From positions 1 to 28,107 of IMG/VR virus record IMGVR_UViG_3300037264_006520: a DNA stretch of 28,107 nucleotides. One strand, 5' to 3'. Below are positions 1 to 8,273 of the stretch, piece after piece (within the stretch, counting starts at the first letter, position 1; each line of letters starts with the position of its first letter). The stretch comes from a virus (Duplodnaviria > Caudoviricetes). Position numbers and translations under genes: made by a program. The notes below the pieces were generated by a model. The model searched no databases. It had not been told where the DNA came from and saw only the letters and a list, made by a program, of their open reading frames with translations.

Positions 1-1
1 A

Positions 2-70
2 AAAGAAAAGTTCATGGAGCTTTTTGGGATTATTCTTTTGATTAATAAAGCGAGAGCTAATAAATTATGA
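2..70 (+). CDS. 3' end of an upstream gene (partial, KEKFMELFGIILLINKARANKL*)
   Basis: Frame open from base 2 to TGA 68-70, overlapping the ATG at 67 (ATGA coupling). Confidence 0.35.
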   Translation, partial: KEKFMELFGIILLINKARANKL

Positions 71-264
71 CCGCCTTTGAAAACATCAAAGTTGATTTTC
101 TAGTTAAATGCGCAAAATGCGGGCATGAATTTCATGATGCTCGAGCAAATGGAGAATGGATTCAAGATCCATCCTCCTTTAGTCCATTAGGCTTTGTTTG
201 GGGAAATGTAGTTTATATTCATCCTTGCCCGGTATGTCTTAAAAATGCTGTGGATTCAAATTAA
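67..264 (+). CDS. Small zinc-ribbon-like hypothetical protein
   Basis: 65 aa with two CxxC pairs (CAKC, CPVC); tightly packed with neighbours. Confidence 0.6.
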   Translation: MTAFENIKVDFLVKCAKCGHEFHDARANGEWIQDPSSFSPLGFVWGNVVYIHPCPVCLKNAVDSN

Positions 265-266
265 AT

Positions 267-623
267 ATGATAAACGATAGAGAAATTAATTCTAAAACTC
301 CTTGGGATGCTGTAAAACAAAGCACTATTTATGTTACAAATAAATGTAATTATCTTTATTATCCAATTTTTATTTGCACAGAAACAATCGATGACAAGCA
401 TGTCTCTTGTTATGGCGTAACCGTTCCAGATTTGCCCGGCTGTTATTCGGCTGGCAGTACATTAGAGGAGGCGATCGAAAATGCTATGCAAGCCATACAA
501 TGCCATATAGAAGGATTGAAAAAGGATAATGAACATATACCCGAAATTGGATCATTAGAAACGCATTTAGCCAATCCTGAATTTGAACGCGATTACTTCG
601 CGATTGTTAAAATCAATCTATAA
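267..623 (+). CDS. hicB: HicB-family antitoxin-like protein (UPF0150 fold)
   Basis: Signature YGVTVPDLPGCYSAGSTLEEAIENAMQAIQCHIEGL...IP; no C-terminal DNA-binding domain; start uncertain. Confidence 0.8.
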   Translation: MINDREINSKTPWDAVKQSTIYVTNKCNYLYYPIFICTETIDDKHVSCYGVTVPDLPGCYSAGSTLEEAIENAMQAIQCHIEGLKKDNEHIPEIGSLETHLANPEFERDYFAIVKINL

Positions 624-651
624 TAAAACTAAAAGGCAAAACGGAGCAAAC

Positions 652-930
652 ATGCTAAAAAAACTTATAAAACTCTGGAAAACAGAAAAACTTCGGGAAA
701 ACATGCTCGGCGGCGAGCTTTATCGCGAAGTAAACGACGGGAAATCTTCGGCTTTTCTTAAAAGGGCGCTAAATGTTTTAAAAGACGGCAAAAAAATAAG
801 CGTTTTTAAAACGCTAAGCAGCAATTATGTTTTGCTTTCATATGAAGATATTGATCTTTTAAATAAAGATTTTGAAAAGATGCAGGCTTATTTGGGAATT
901 ACGGAAGACAATAAGATTGTTAAAAATTAA
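652..930 (+). CDS. Hypothetical protein (92 aa)
   Basis: GGAG at 643-646 before ATG 652; this start avoids the overlap with hicB that the 583 start has. Confidence 0.6.
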   Translation: MLKKLIKLWKTEKLRENMLGGELYREVNDGKSSAFLKRALNVLKDGKKISVFKTLSSNYVLLSYEDIDLLNKDFEKMQAYLGITEDNKIVKN

Positions 931-952
931 AATCAATGCGTAATTCAACAAA

Positions 953-2380
953 ATGGCTTTTAATGCTGGGCACAGTCGCGATATAACAAGAAGAATTTGC
1001 CATTTATCATTTTATGAATTCGCTAAGCGCGCATGGAAATATGTTGAAACGGATGAATATATCGATGGATGGCATATACAATGCATTTGCGAACATCTAC
1101 AGGCTCTTTATGAGCACCGCCTACCAACCAATAGACTACTAATAAATATCCCGCCACGCACCGGCAAATCGCTTCTAGGAATGTCGCTTTTCCCCGTGTG
1201 GGTTTGGATAAGAGACCGGAAATCTAAATTATTTACCGGCTCCCATTCTTCCGACAACTCTACGCGCGATGCTGTACGCTCAAGAAATTTAATGAACGGC
1301 GAATGGTTTCAATATCACTGGGGAGATTTGATCCAATTCAAAAGCGATCAAAATCAAAAAACATGGTATGAAAATGCTGAAGGAGGCGTGAGATTAAGCT
1401 TTACTACTGGCGGCGATACAACTGGAAGCGGCGGTAATTGCGTCGGATTAGATGACCCCTTGGATATTAGAGACAGATATTCAGACGTCGTTGTACCGCA
1501 ATTGAATGAATGGATGGGTAAAGGATTAGGAAGCCGATTAAATAACAAGTTAATCGATCCCATGTATGTCATTATGCAGCGGCTTGTTGAAAACGACCCT
1601 TCAGGGCATATATTAGCGACACAGCGTCATTTATGGACACACCTATGTTTGCCAATGGAATTTGAAGAAGAAAGGCGTTGTATTACGCCAATTTTTACTG
1701 ATCCAAGAACAAAAGAAGGCGAAATTTTATGGCAAAAAATAACTCCAGCAGAATTGGAAATAATAAAGCTTGATCAAGGCACCGATTATTCTGGGCAATA
1801 TCAGCAGCGCCCAAGTACTTTGCAGGGAAATATTTTCAAGCGCAGTTGGTGGAAATATTTTTCAAAAACCGACGGCTTGCAATTTGATTTTAAAATCCAA
1901 TCATGGGACACGGCTTGGGAAACTAAAAAAGAAAATGATAATTCAGTTTGTATAACATTTGGCGTTATTGGAAATAGAATTTATGTAATCGATATTTTTG
2001 TGGCAAAAATGGAGTATGTAGAGCTTAAGCAAAAAATATTCCAACTTTGCAATGAACATAATCCTATTGCTATTTTGGTCGAAGATGCCGCCTCCGGTAA
2101 AGCAGCAATACAAGAATTAACCGGAGATACTATGTTGCCTATAATAGCGATTAAAGTGGCTGGAGGTGCGTCAAAAGATGTTAGGGCGCGTTCTTGTACG
2201 CCACCCATTTTAAATGGTCAAGTATTTTTAATGCAGGAAATAAATGGTTTGCATGATTTTGTAGAGGAGCTATCTATATTTCCAAACGGTAAACACGACG
2301 ATCGTGTGGATGCTTTTTCACAAGGGATAAATTATATTCGGGCTAATTTTGGCGGCAGTCCGACGATTAGTATTATTTAA
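953..2380 (+). CDS. terL: Terminase large subunit
   Basis: Walker A INIPPRTGKS, Walker B-like VGLDDP, coupling motif IMQRL, YQQRP, nuclease residues SWDTA and HDDRVDA; upstream of portal. Confidence 0.95.
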   Translation: MAFNAGHSRDITRRICHLSFYEFAKRAWKYVETDEYIDGWHIQCICEHLQALYEHRLPTNRLLINIPPRTGKSLLGMSLFPVWVWIRDRKSKLFTGSHSSDNSTRDAVRSRNLMNGEWFQYHWGDLIQFKSDQNQKTWYENAEGGVRLSFTTGGDTTGSGGNCVGLDDPLDIRDRYSDVVVPQLNEWMGKGLGSRLNNKLIDPMYVIMQRLVENDPSGHILATQRHLWTHLCLPMEFEEERRCITPIFTDPRTKEGEILWQKITPAELEIIKLDQGTDYSGQYQQRPSTLQGNIFKRSWWKYFSKTDGLQFDFKIQSWDTAWETKKENDNSVCITFGVIGNRIYVIDIFVAKMEYVELKQKIFQLCNEHNPIAILVEDAASGKAAIQELTGDTMLPIIAIKVAGGASKDVRARSCTPPILNGQVFLMQEINGLHDFVEELSIFPNGKHDDRVDAFSQGINYIRANFGGSPTISII

Positions 2381-2398
2381 AATTAACGAGGAAAATTT

Positions 2399-2722
2399 AT
2401 GATTAAAATTTTTAATCCTTCCTTGAAAATTAATAAGGAAATTATTTTTCTTCCAGTCTCAAAAGAGGAAAGAATAACTTTATTCGACCAAGGAAATGGC
2501 ATTTATGATGTTAAATTCAAATTATACGCAACACCAACCAGTATCAATTTAGTAAGATTTTGGAAGAAAAATAAAGAAAATAATGTTATTAGCATTATAG
2601 ACCAAAAAGAAAATGTAAATCTTGATTTTAAATATGCCGAATTAATTGGCCAATATAAGCCTAATCAAAATATGGATGGGCTTATAGAAATTCAATTTCG
2701 AGCCCGGAATGAATCCCCTTAA
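2399..2722 (+). CDS. Hypothetical protein between terL and portal
   Basis: 107-aa ORF with its own GAGG SD; no recognisable motif. Confidence 0.6.
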   Translation: MIKIFNPSLKINKEIIFLPVSKEERITLFDQGNGIYDVKFKLYATPTSINLVRFWKKNKENNVISIIDQKENVNLDFKYAELIGQYKPNQNMDGLIEIQFRARNESP

Positions 2723-2778
2723 ATTAAAACATGGCTTTGCCCGATTTCTTTTAGTATCATAATAAAAAAGCCTTTCAT

Positions 2779-2802
2779 AACAATAATAAGAATAAAAATA
2801 AA
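2779..2802 (+). promoter_or_regulatory. (AAN)8 leader tract of portal gene
   Basis: AAC AAT AAT AAG AAT AAA AAT AAA, followed by ACAGGCGT-ATG. Confidence 0.6.
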
Positions 2803-2810
2803 ACAGGCGT

Positions 2811-4550
2811 ATGTTCAAAAGTTTATTCGGCAAACCAAAGCTGTCGGAATTGGGCGACACATTTTCCAGCAATCTAAAAAATAAAATATACGCACAAAGC
2901 GCATATCCGGTTGCTAATTCTTCTAAATATGGATTTTTAGATAAAAGCAGAGATTTTTTAGCAAACATTTTGCAAAGAAAAGTCAATAATTCGGGCGTGA
3001 CACAAGGATTGCCATTATGGTCGACCGGCGATAAGCCAGTACTTTATAGTTCAGAGGCTGTTCTTTATTACTTAGAATGCGCGCCAGTTGCTACGGCTGT
3101 TGATAAGATAGCCATGGATGTTGCATCTATTCCCCCTCTAATTTACAGCAAAAAACACAAAGAATTTATTTGCGAACATCCGGTTTTAGAATTATTGCAA
3201 TCACCAAATACAGACATAACTTTTACGGAATTCATGCATTCGCTGTCAAGCTGGTATTTAATTTCTGGTAATAGTTATATAAATGGAACTGGTTATATTG
3301 AAAATCCACCCAAAGAAATTCGCGTTTACCCTTCACAATCAACCTCGATTATTGTTGGTATCGATGGTTATGCGCAAAATTATACTGCTCGTTTACTTGG
3401 ATTAGTTGATACATTCAATCGCACAGAAGTTATAAATTACGGGCGTTCAAGATTTAGATTTTATGCCAATGAATTTAAAGAGCTTTATCATATTAGGACG
3501 TTCAATCCGCAAGTTAGTTCTAATATGGCTTATGGTTTGTCACCGCTTAACGCTATTTATTATGAAATGCGGCAATATATAGAGGCGGCAAAATATAATT
3601 TAAGCGTATTGGAAAGGCAGTCTAAATTAAGCGGTATATTCAAAACCAAGACGGTATTAATGCCAGAAATGCGTAAGCGTTTAGAAACCCAAATGCAAAA
3701 TATGTATAGTGGCTCCACAAACGCGGGGCGAAATATGCTTATCGATGGTACGGATATGGAGTTTCAAGATTTGATGGTGGGTGGTCGCGATATGGATTAT
3801 GTGAAAATGCGCGAACAAGTTACCAAGTCGATTTACAAGGCTTTAAAAATTCCTTTGCCATTGGTCAGCGAAGAATCGATGACATATTCAAATTTGGAAG
3901 GCGCTAAAATCTTATATTACAAGCAGTCCGTATTGCCTTTGCGTAGACGAATAGACGAAGAATTAACCAACTTTTTGATGCCGCGTTATGATAATAAAGA
4001 CAATGATTTGATTATAACATTTAACGAGCATGACGTTCCGGCTATGGAATCGGATCGTAATGAGCAGGCAAAAATCAAAAAGGATATTGGAATATTTACA
4101 CCGAATGAACTTAGAAAATTGTTTGCTTATACAGAATTGGAAGGCGGTCAAAATTTATATGGAAAATTTGGCGATACGCCTATTGCTGTTGATACGGATG
4201 ATAAATTTCATACTGGCGAAGAATTAGATAAGCCAGAACCGTCAAGAGATAACGAAATGCCACATAAACCGGCGGATGATGGAGTCGACACTTATGTCGG
4301 TCAAGGGCAAAGTGATCTTGAAAACGATATCGATTTAGAACCTGATTTAAGCGATGATGGAAAAAAATCATTATATAAAAAATCCATGGAAGACTATGAT
4401 GAATATGATCTATTGAGCATCGAAGATAAAAAAAAGATTCGTGAAAAATATATCGGATTTCTTCGTAAGCAAAAATATAGAAACAATAAGCCAAAATATT
4501 CAGAAGATGAAATTAACGACATGGCGTTGACAATTTATGGCCCTAACTAG
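2811..4550 (+). CDS. Portal protein, HK97 family, with acidic C-terminal extension
   Basis: HPVLELLQSPN, LISGNSY, YGLSPL, YSGSTNAG, TYSNLE, FTPNELR motifs; position after terL. Confidence 0.95.
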   Translation: MFKSLFGKPKLSELGDTFSSNLKNKIYAQSAYPVANSSKYGFLDKSRDFLANILQRKVNNSGVTQGLPLWSTGDKPVLYSSEAVLYYLECAPVATAVDKIAMDVASIPPLIYSKKHKEFICEHPVLELLQSPNTDITFTEFMHSLSSWYLISGNSYINGTGYIENPPKEIRVYPSQSTSIIVGIDGYAQNYTARLLGLVDTFNRTEVINYGRSRFRFYANEFKELYHIRTFNPQVSSNMAYGLSPLNAIYYEMRQYIEAAKYNLSVLERQSKLSGIFKTKTVLMPEMRKRLETQMQNMYSGSTNAGRNMLIDGTDMEFQDLMVGGRDMDYVKMREQVTKSIYKALKIPLPLVSEESMTYSNLEGAKILYYKQSVLPLRRRIDEELTNFLMPRYDNKDNDLIITFNEHDVPAMESDRNEQAKIKKDIGIFTPNELRKLFAYTELEGGQNLYGKFGDTPIAVDTDDKFHTGEELDKPEPSRDNEMPHKPADDGVDTYVGQGQSDLENDIDLEPDLSDDGKKSLYKKSMEDYDEYDLLSIEDKKKIREKYIGFLRKQKYRNNKPKYSEDEINDMALTIYGPN

Positions 4551-5451
4551 GAAACAAAGCAAAGAAAGAAAAGATAGACTTAAACGCGCAGCGATAGGTT
4601 TAGCGTTAAAGTTAAAATATGAAAAAACGCTTAAAAGCCGGATGGCAAGCTATTTTGATAAGATTATAAAAGACTTTGAAAGACAATATAAACTTCATGG
4701 AATCGCAATTAATCCCATAGAATACCAGGAAAAATTAGAAAACTATCTTATAGAGCATCATATTAAAGTTGCGGGAAAATTTTCACATGCATCAAGAGAT
4801 CAGCTCGGTCTTCCTATAAACAATTCAGAAATTCAAAAAAAATTAGACGCTAATATAAAGCATTATGCTATTCAAAGGGCGCATTCGATTAGTCATGATA
4901 TGACCGAAACAACAAGGGATAATATTGATAAATCGCTTAGGATGGCTTTTGCTGATGCAACAAAGCAAGAATTAGAAATCAGTCATATAGTTATAGCAGG
5001 ATTAGCTGCCGATAGACTAAGAGCGAAATTTCATGGAAGAGAAACCACTATTGCAATCACCGAAACAAATACAGCGGCAGAAAAAGGTAAAAAAATTGAA
5101 CATAATACATTGCTTGATTTAGATGCTAAATTTAAAATCGAAAGCGAAGATAGAGATACGGACGATGAAGAATGGGAGATAGAAGAAGGCGAAGAAAGAG
5201 GGTGGGAAGAAGCTGGTATTATAGCCTTTTCAGTTTTAGCATCCGGCGCTAAAAAAATGTGGACTGCTGTTTTAGATGATCATACTAGGGAATGGCACGC
5301 AGAAGCTGATGGGCAGGTTGTAGATGCAGATGAACCTTTCATTGTAAATAATGAAGAGCTTATGGAGCCAATGGACGATAGCCTAGGCGCATCTGATGAT
5401 AATATTTTAAATTGTCGGTGCAGTTCGGACATTACTTACGAAGAAGCATAG
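4537..5451 (+). CDS. Minor head protein, Mu gpF / SPP1 gp7-like
   Basis: IAITET, KMWTAVLDDHTREWHAEADGQ and terminal NCRC motifs; overlaps the portal stop. Confidence 0.9.
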   Translation: MALTRKQSKERKDRLKRAAIGLALKLKYEKTLKSRMASYFDKIIKDFERQYKLHGIAINPIEYQEKLENYLIEHHIKVAGKFSHASRDQLGLPINNSEIQKKLDANIKHYAIQRAHSISHDMTETTRDNIDKSLRMAFADATKQELEISHIVIAGLAADRLRAKFHGRETTIAITETNTAAEKGKKIEHNTLLDLDAKFKIESEDRDTDDEEWEIEEGEERGWEEAGIIAFSVLASGAKKMWTAVLDDHTREWHAEADGQVVDADEPFIVNNEELMEPMDDSLGASDDNILNCRCSSDITYEEA

Positions 5452-5528
5452 ATTTTTAATATAGTAATTTTAAAAACATTTACATTAATCAATTGGTTGT
5501 GTTTAAATAACTTAAACATCCTTAACAT

Positions 5529-5543
5529 AATAACAACAAGAGG
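5529..5543 (+). promoter_or_regulatory. (AAN)4+AGG leader/RBS of protease gene
   Basis: AATAACAACAAGAGG 7 nt before ATG 5551. Confidence 0.65.
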
Positions 5544-5550
5544 ATTTTAT

Positions 5551-6714
5551 ATGCCCAGCTCGATAGAACATTCCGCTCGGATCAACGAACCGTCGAAATA
5601 TGAAAAAATTAGGCGAAAAAATGACGAATTTGGAACGGGCATACATGTAATTTATGGTGTGCTCAAAAATGATAATACCGAAGTACAGGCAATTCATTTT
5701 GATAAAACCAAATTTACTGCGGCAGAAGCTAAAAAATGGTTATCAGAGCATGATTATAAGCCAATTGAATTTGTAGCGGCTACTGAAAAATCCAACATTG
5801 TTGAGATTGAATATAAAAGCTTTTCTTTCAAAAGCGATTCTTTCGAAGAAAGTAAAGGAAATGATGGCAACTTTGGGATTATAAAAGGATATGCGTCAAC
5901 TTTTGGCAATATTGATCTAGGTGGTGATATTGTTGAACGTGGAGCTTTTGTTAAGTGCTTGGAAAAATATGCGCGAGAAGGGAAAAATATTCCAATGTAT
6001 TTCCAGCATAGCCATATGGATATCATTGGCGGATTTGATCCAAGAAAAACTTATGAAGACGAAAAGGGCTTGTATTTTGGCGAAGGTAAAATCAATCTTG
6101 ACGTTACGCGCGGCAGAGATGTTTATGCGCTTGCTAAACAAAAAGTTCTGTGTGAAATGTCAATTGGTTATATGGTCAATGACGCAGAATTTGAACCTTC
6201 GGAAGACGGATATATCAATAGAAGGCTCAAGGAAGTTGATGTAAAGGAAATTAGCGTTGTTGCCAACCCAATGAACCCATTGGCAAGAATGACAGACGTA
6301 AAAAACAAGCTAAAAAATATTGAAAATGAAGAAGTTGGAACTTTAGAAATGGTAACTTTACAAGATATTCAAGCAATTTGTAATAAAAGTCATTTGCCAA
6401 ACGATGAAAAAGCTTATCTTTTAAGAAGATTGCTTCATGATCAAGGCAGCATTTCAAAATCAGCATCAAAATTTATTTCAGAAAGATTTTTTGATGACGA
6501 AAACAATCACTTTGCTAAAGTTAATGAAAAGATAGAAGAAAAGATAGAAGAAAAGAAAGAAGAAATTGCCGTTGATCAAGAGAAAGTTAATGAAAAAAAT
6601 GATTCAAACGTCGAAAATGAATTGAAGAATCTTTTATTAGCTTGCAAAGAGGGGTTGAATAACGATAAAATTGTAGAAGAATTAGCAAAACTGCGTAAAG
6701 CAGTATCAAATTAA
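5551..6714 (+). CDS. HK97-family prohead protease with N-terminal extra domain and charged C-terminal tail
   Basis: GYASTFGNIDLGGDIVERGAF, MYFQH, MSIGY, EISVVANPMNPLA; start moved to ATG 5551 because of the AGAGG SD. Confidence 0.93.
   Translation: MPSSIEHSARINEPSKYEKIRRKNDEFGTGIHVIYGVLKNDNTEVQAIHFDKTKFTAAEAKKWLSEHDYKPIEFVAATEKSNIVEIEYKSFSFKSDSFEESKGNDGNFGIIKGYASTFGNIDLGGDIVERGAFVKCLEKYAREGKNIPMYFQHSHMDIIGGFDPRKTYEDEKGLYFGEGKINLDVTRGRDVYALAKQKVLCEMSIGYMVNDAEFEPSEDGYINRRLKEVDVKEISVVANPMNPLARMTDVKNKLKNIENEEVGTLEMVTLQDIQAICNKSHLPNDEKAYLLRRLLHDQGSISKSASKFISERFFDDENNHFAKVNEKIEEKIEEKKEEIAVDQEKVNEKNDSNVENELKNLLLACKEGLNNDKIVEELAKLRKAVSN
6526..6561 (+). repeat. 12-nt in-frame tandem repeat (EKIE-EKIE-EKKE)
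   Basis: GAAAAGATAGAA x2 plus GAAAAGAAAGAA. Confidence 0.7.
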
Positions 6715-6801
6715 CGGCTTTTGCCGTATCAAGAATTAACGGGCCTCCCCGTATCCAATCAAGCAGTGCCACTGCTGACCTAGCGATGACCATTTGTCAT
6801 C
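6714..6801 (+). promoter_or_regulatory. Four consecutive stem-loops in the protease-capsid intergenic region (putative structured RNA leader)
   Basis: ACGGC/GCCGT 6714-6727; ACGGG/CCCGT 6739-6752; AGCAGT/ACTGCT 6762-6776; GATGAC/GTCATC 6785-6801. Confidence 0.65.
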
Positions 6802-6816
6802 AAATAATAATCTTTT

Positions 6817-6842
6817 AATAACAATAATAATAACAAAAGAGG
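6817..6842 (+). promoter_or_regulatory. (AAN)7+AGAGG leader/RBS of major capsid gene
   Basis: AAT AAC AAT AAT AAT AAC AAA AGAGG, 5 nt before ATG 6848. Confidence 0.7.
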
Positions 6843-6847
6843 TCAAA

Positions 6848-8215
6848 ATGACAGAAGAAGTAAGAATTGTTACGCCGACTAATCCTACCGAAGGAATAGT
6901 TAAATGCGTAGCTGAAATTCGTTCTATGGTCGAAGATAAAAGCAGAACCCAAGGCGAATTGCAAACTAAAATTGACAAAATGGAAAAAGATTTGTCTTCC
7001 TATGAACAAAAAAACCAAGAGTTGTCCGGTAAATTGGCGCAACAGGTTAAAGAAGCAGAAGAACAAAAGAAAATTGTTGATGCCTTGGAGAGAAACGCAT
7101 CTAAAGGCAATACTGCAATTCAAACCAAAGATGGTGTTGAAATTTACAACCCGGAAATGGTTGATGCTTATGATAGATATTTCTGCGCTCGTGATGGCAG
7201 GTCTTTACTCGCCAATGATCCCATTGCAATGAAATATTATCATGGTCATGATTGCAAAATTCAGGCTCCAATCGTCCGCACTTTTGATAAGAAAGATGCT
7301 TCTTTATTCCACAGCACCAAAAATGTTCGCGAATTAGAGCATAAATATTTGCGTACTGATGTTAACGATTTTGGTGGGTTTTTGGTACCGCCAGAATTTA
7401 TGCCGACTTTGATCCGTCGTTTAACCGAAGTTTCACCGGTTAGGCAATATGCTTCAAGCAGAACTACTTATTCCAACGAGTTGGATGTGCCAGTACGTAA
7501 CGTACTCGTCACCGGTCAGTGGGGATATGAAGGCGCTACTAGCATCGCTAATGGTAGCTCGCAATATACCCGCCCCTCAATTCACATGAAAAGATTACAG
7601 GTAACTGTGCCCTTGACTATTGAAGAATTGATGGATTCCCCTTTTGACATGCAGGCCGAGGTTTCTAACGACGTGAACGAAGAGTTTGCGCGCTTGGAAG
7701 GACAAGGCTTTGTAACTGGTGATGACACTCTTCAGGTCGAAGGTTTGATGACCAATTCACAAATTGGTTATACGCCGACCGGTAAAGCAGCTGAATTGAC
7801 CGCCGATAGTTTGCTAACCATGTACGGCGCAATCAAATACCAATCTTATGGCAACCAAATGTACGATCGCACTTATATGTTCAATCGTCGTACTTGGATC
7901 AAAATTTTGCAATTGAAAGATGGTATTGGTCAATACATTTGGGCACAAGGCAATATTGAAAAAGGTATTCCAAATACTATTTTGGGAGCCAGCTATATTA
8001 TTGCTCCTGATATGCCAGATGTTGGCGCTGGAAACTATCCAGTTTTAATGGGAGACTTTAAAAAGGGTTATATGATCGTGGATCGTATGCTTATGTACAT
8101 GGTACGCGATGAAATGACTGTCCCAGGCTTTATTAAATATACATTCATTCGTAGATTAGGCGCAAAAGTAATTTTGCCAGAAGCCTTTAACAAACTAAAA
8201 GTTTCCGTGTCTTAA
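6848..8215 (+). CDS. Major capsid protein, HK97 fold, with N-terminal coiled-coil delta domain
   Basis: GGFLVPPEF, ELMDS..D, FARLEGQGFVTGD, LKDGIGQYIW, TILG, MPD, GDFKKGYMIVDR, RLGAKVILPEA; start at ATG 6848 after AGAGG. Confidence 0.95.
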   Translation: MTEEVRIVTPTNPTEGIVKCVAEIRSMVEDKSRTQGELQTKIDKMEKDLSSYEQKNQELSGKLAQQVKEAEEQKKIVDALERNASKGNTAIQTKDGVEIYNPEMVDAYDRYFCARDGRSLLANDPIAMKYYHGHDCKIQAPIVRTFDKKDASLFHSTKNVRELEHKYLRTDVNDFGGFLVPPEFMPTLIRRLTEVSPVRQYASSRTTYSNELDVPVRNVLVTGQWGYEGATSIANGSSQYTRPSIHMKRLQVTVPLTIEELMDSPFDMQAEVSNDVNEEFARLEGQGFVTGDDTLQVEGLMTNSQIGYTPTGKAAELTADSLLTMYGAIKYQSYGNQMYDRTYMFNRRTWIKILQLKDGIGQYIWAQGNIEKGIPNTILGASYIIAPDMPDVGAGNYPVLMGDFKKGYMIVDRMLMYMVRDEMTVPGFIKYTFIRRLGAKVILPEAFNKLKVSVS

Positions 8216-8244
8216 TTTTAAAAATATAAAGTTAAATAAATCTT

Positions 8245-8265
8245 AATAAAAATAATAATAAGAGG
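8245..8265 (+). promoter_or_regulatory. (AAN)6+AGG leader/RBS
   Basis: AATAAAAATAATAATAAGAGG before ATG 8274. Confidence 0.7.
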
Positions 8266-8273
8266 TTAATAAA

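Noticed and set aside
2737-2763. Sigma70 promoter TTGCCC...CATAAT before the portal gene
   Set aside because: 15-nt spacer and weak match in AT-rich DNA
5497-5550. TTG start of the protease ORF at 5497
   Set aside because: No SD, and it translates through the AAN leader; ATG 5551 has AGAGG at good spacing
6714-6801. Hairpins as an intrinsic terminator, tRNA or mini-CRISPR
   Set aside because: No U-tract, no enclosing acceptor stem or T-loop motif, and only two short repeat units with no spacer-sized gap
6794-6847. TTG start of the capsid ORF at 6794 (NNNLLITIIIT)
   Set aside because: Artefact of reading through a hairpin and the AAT tract; ATG 6848 has the SD
8244-8266. AAT tracts explained as tandem TAA stop codons or microsatellites
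   Set aside because: Several lie 30-100 nt from the upstream stop, the third position varies, and they abut the SD; tandem stops may contribute only at 8782 and 21445
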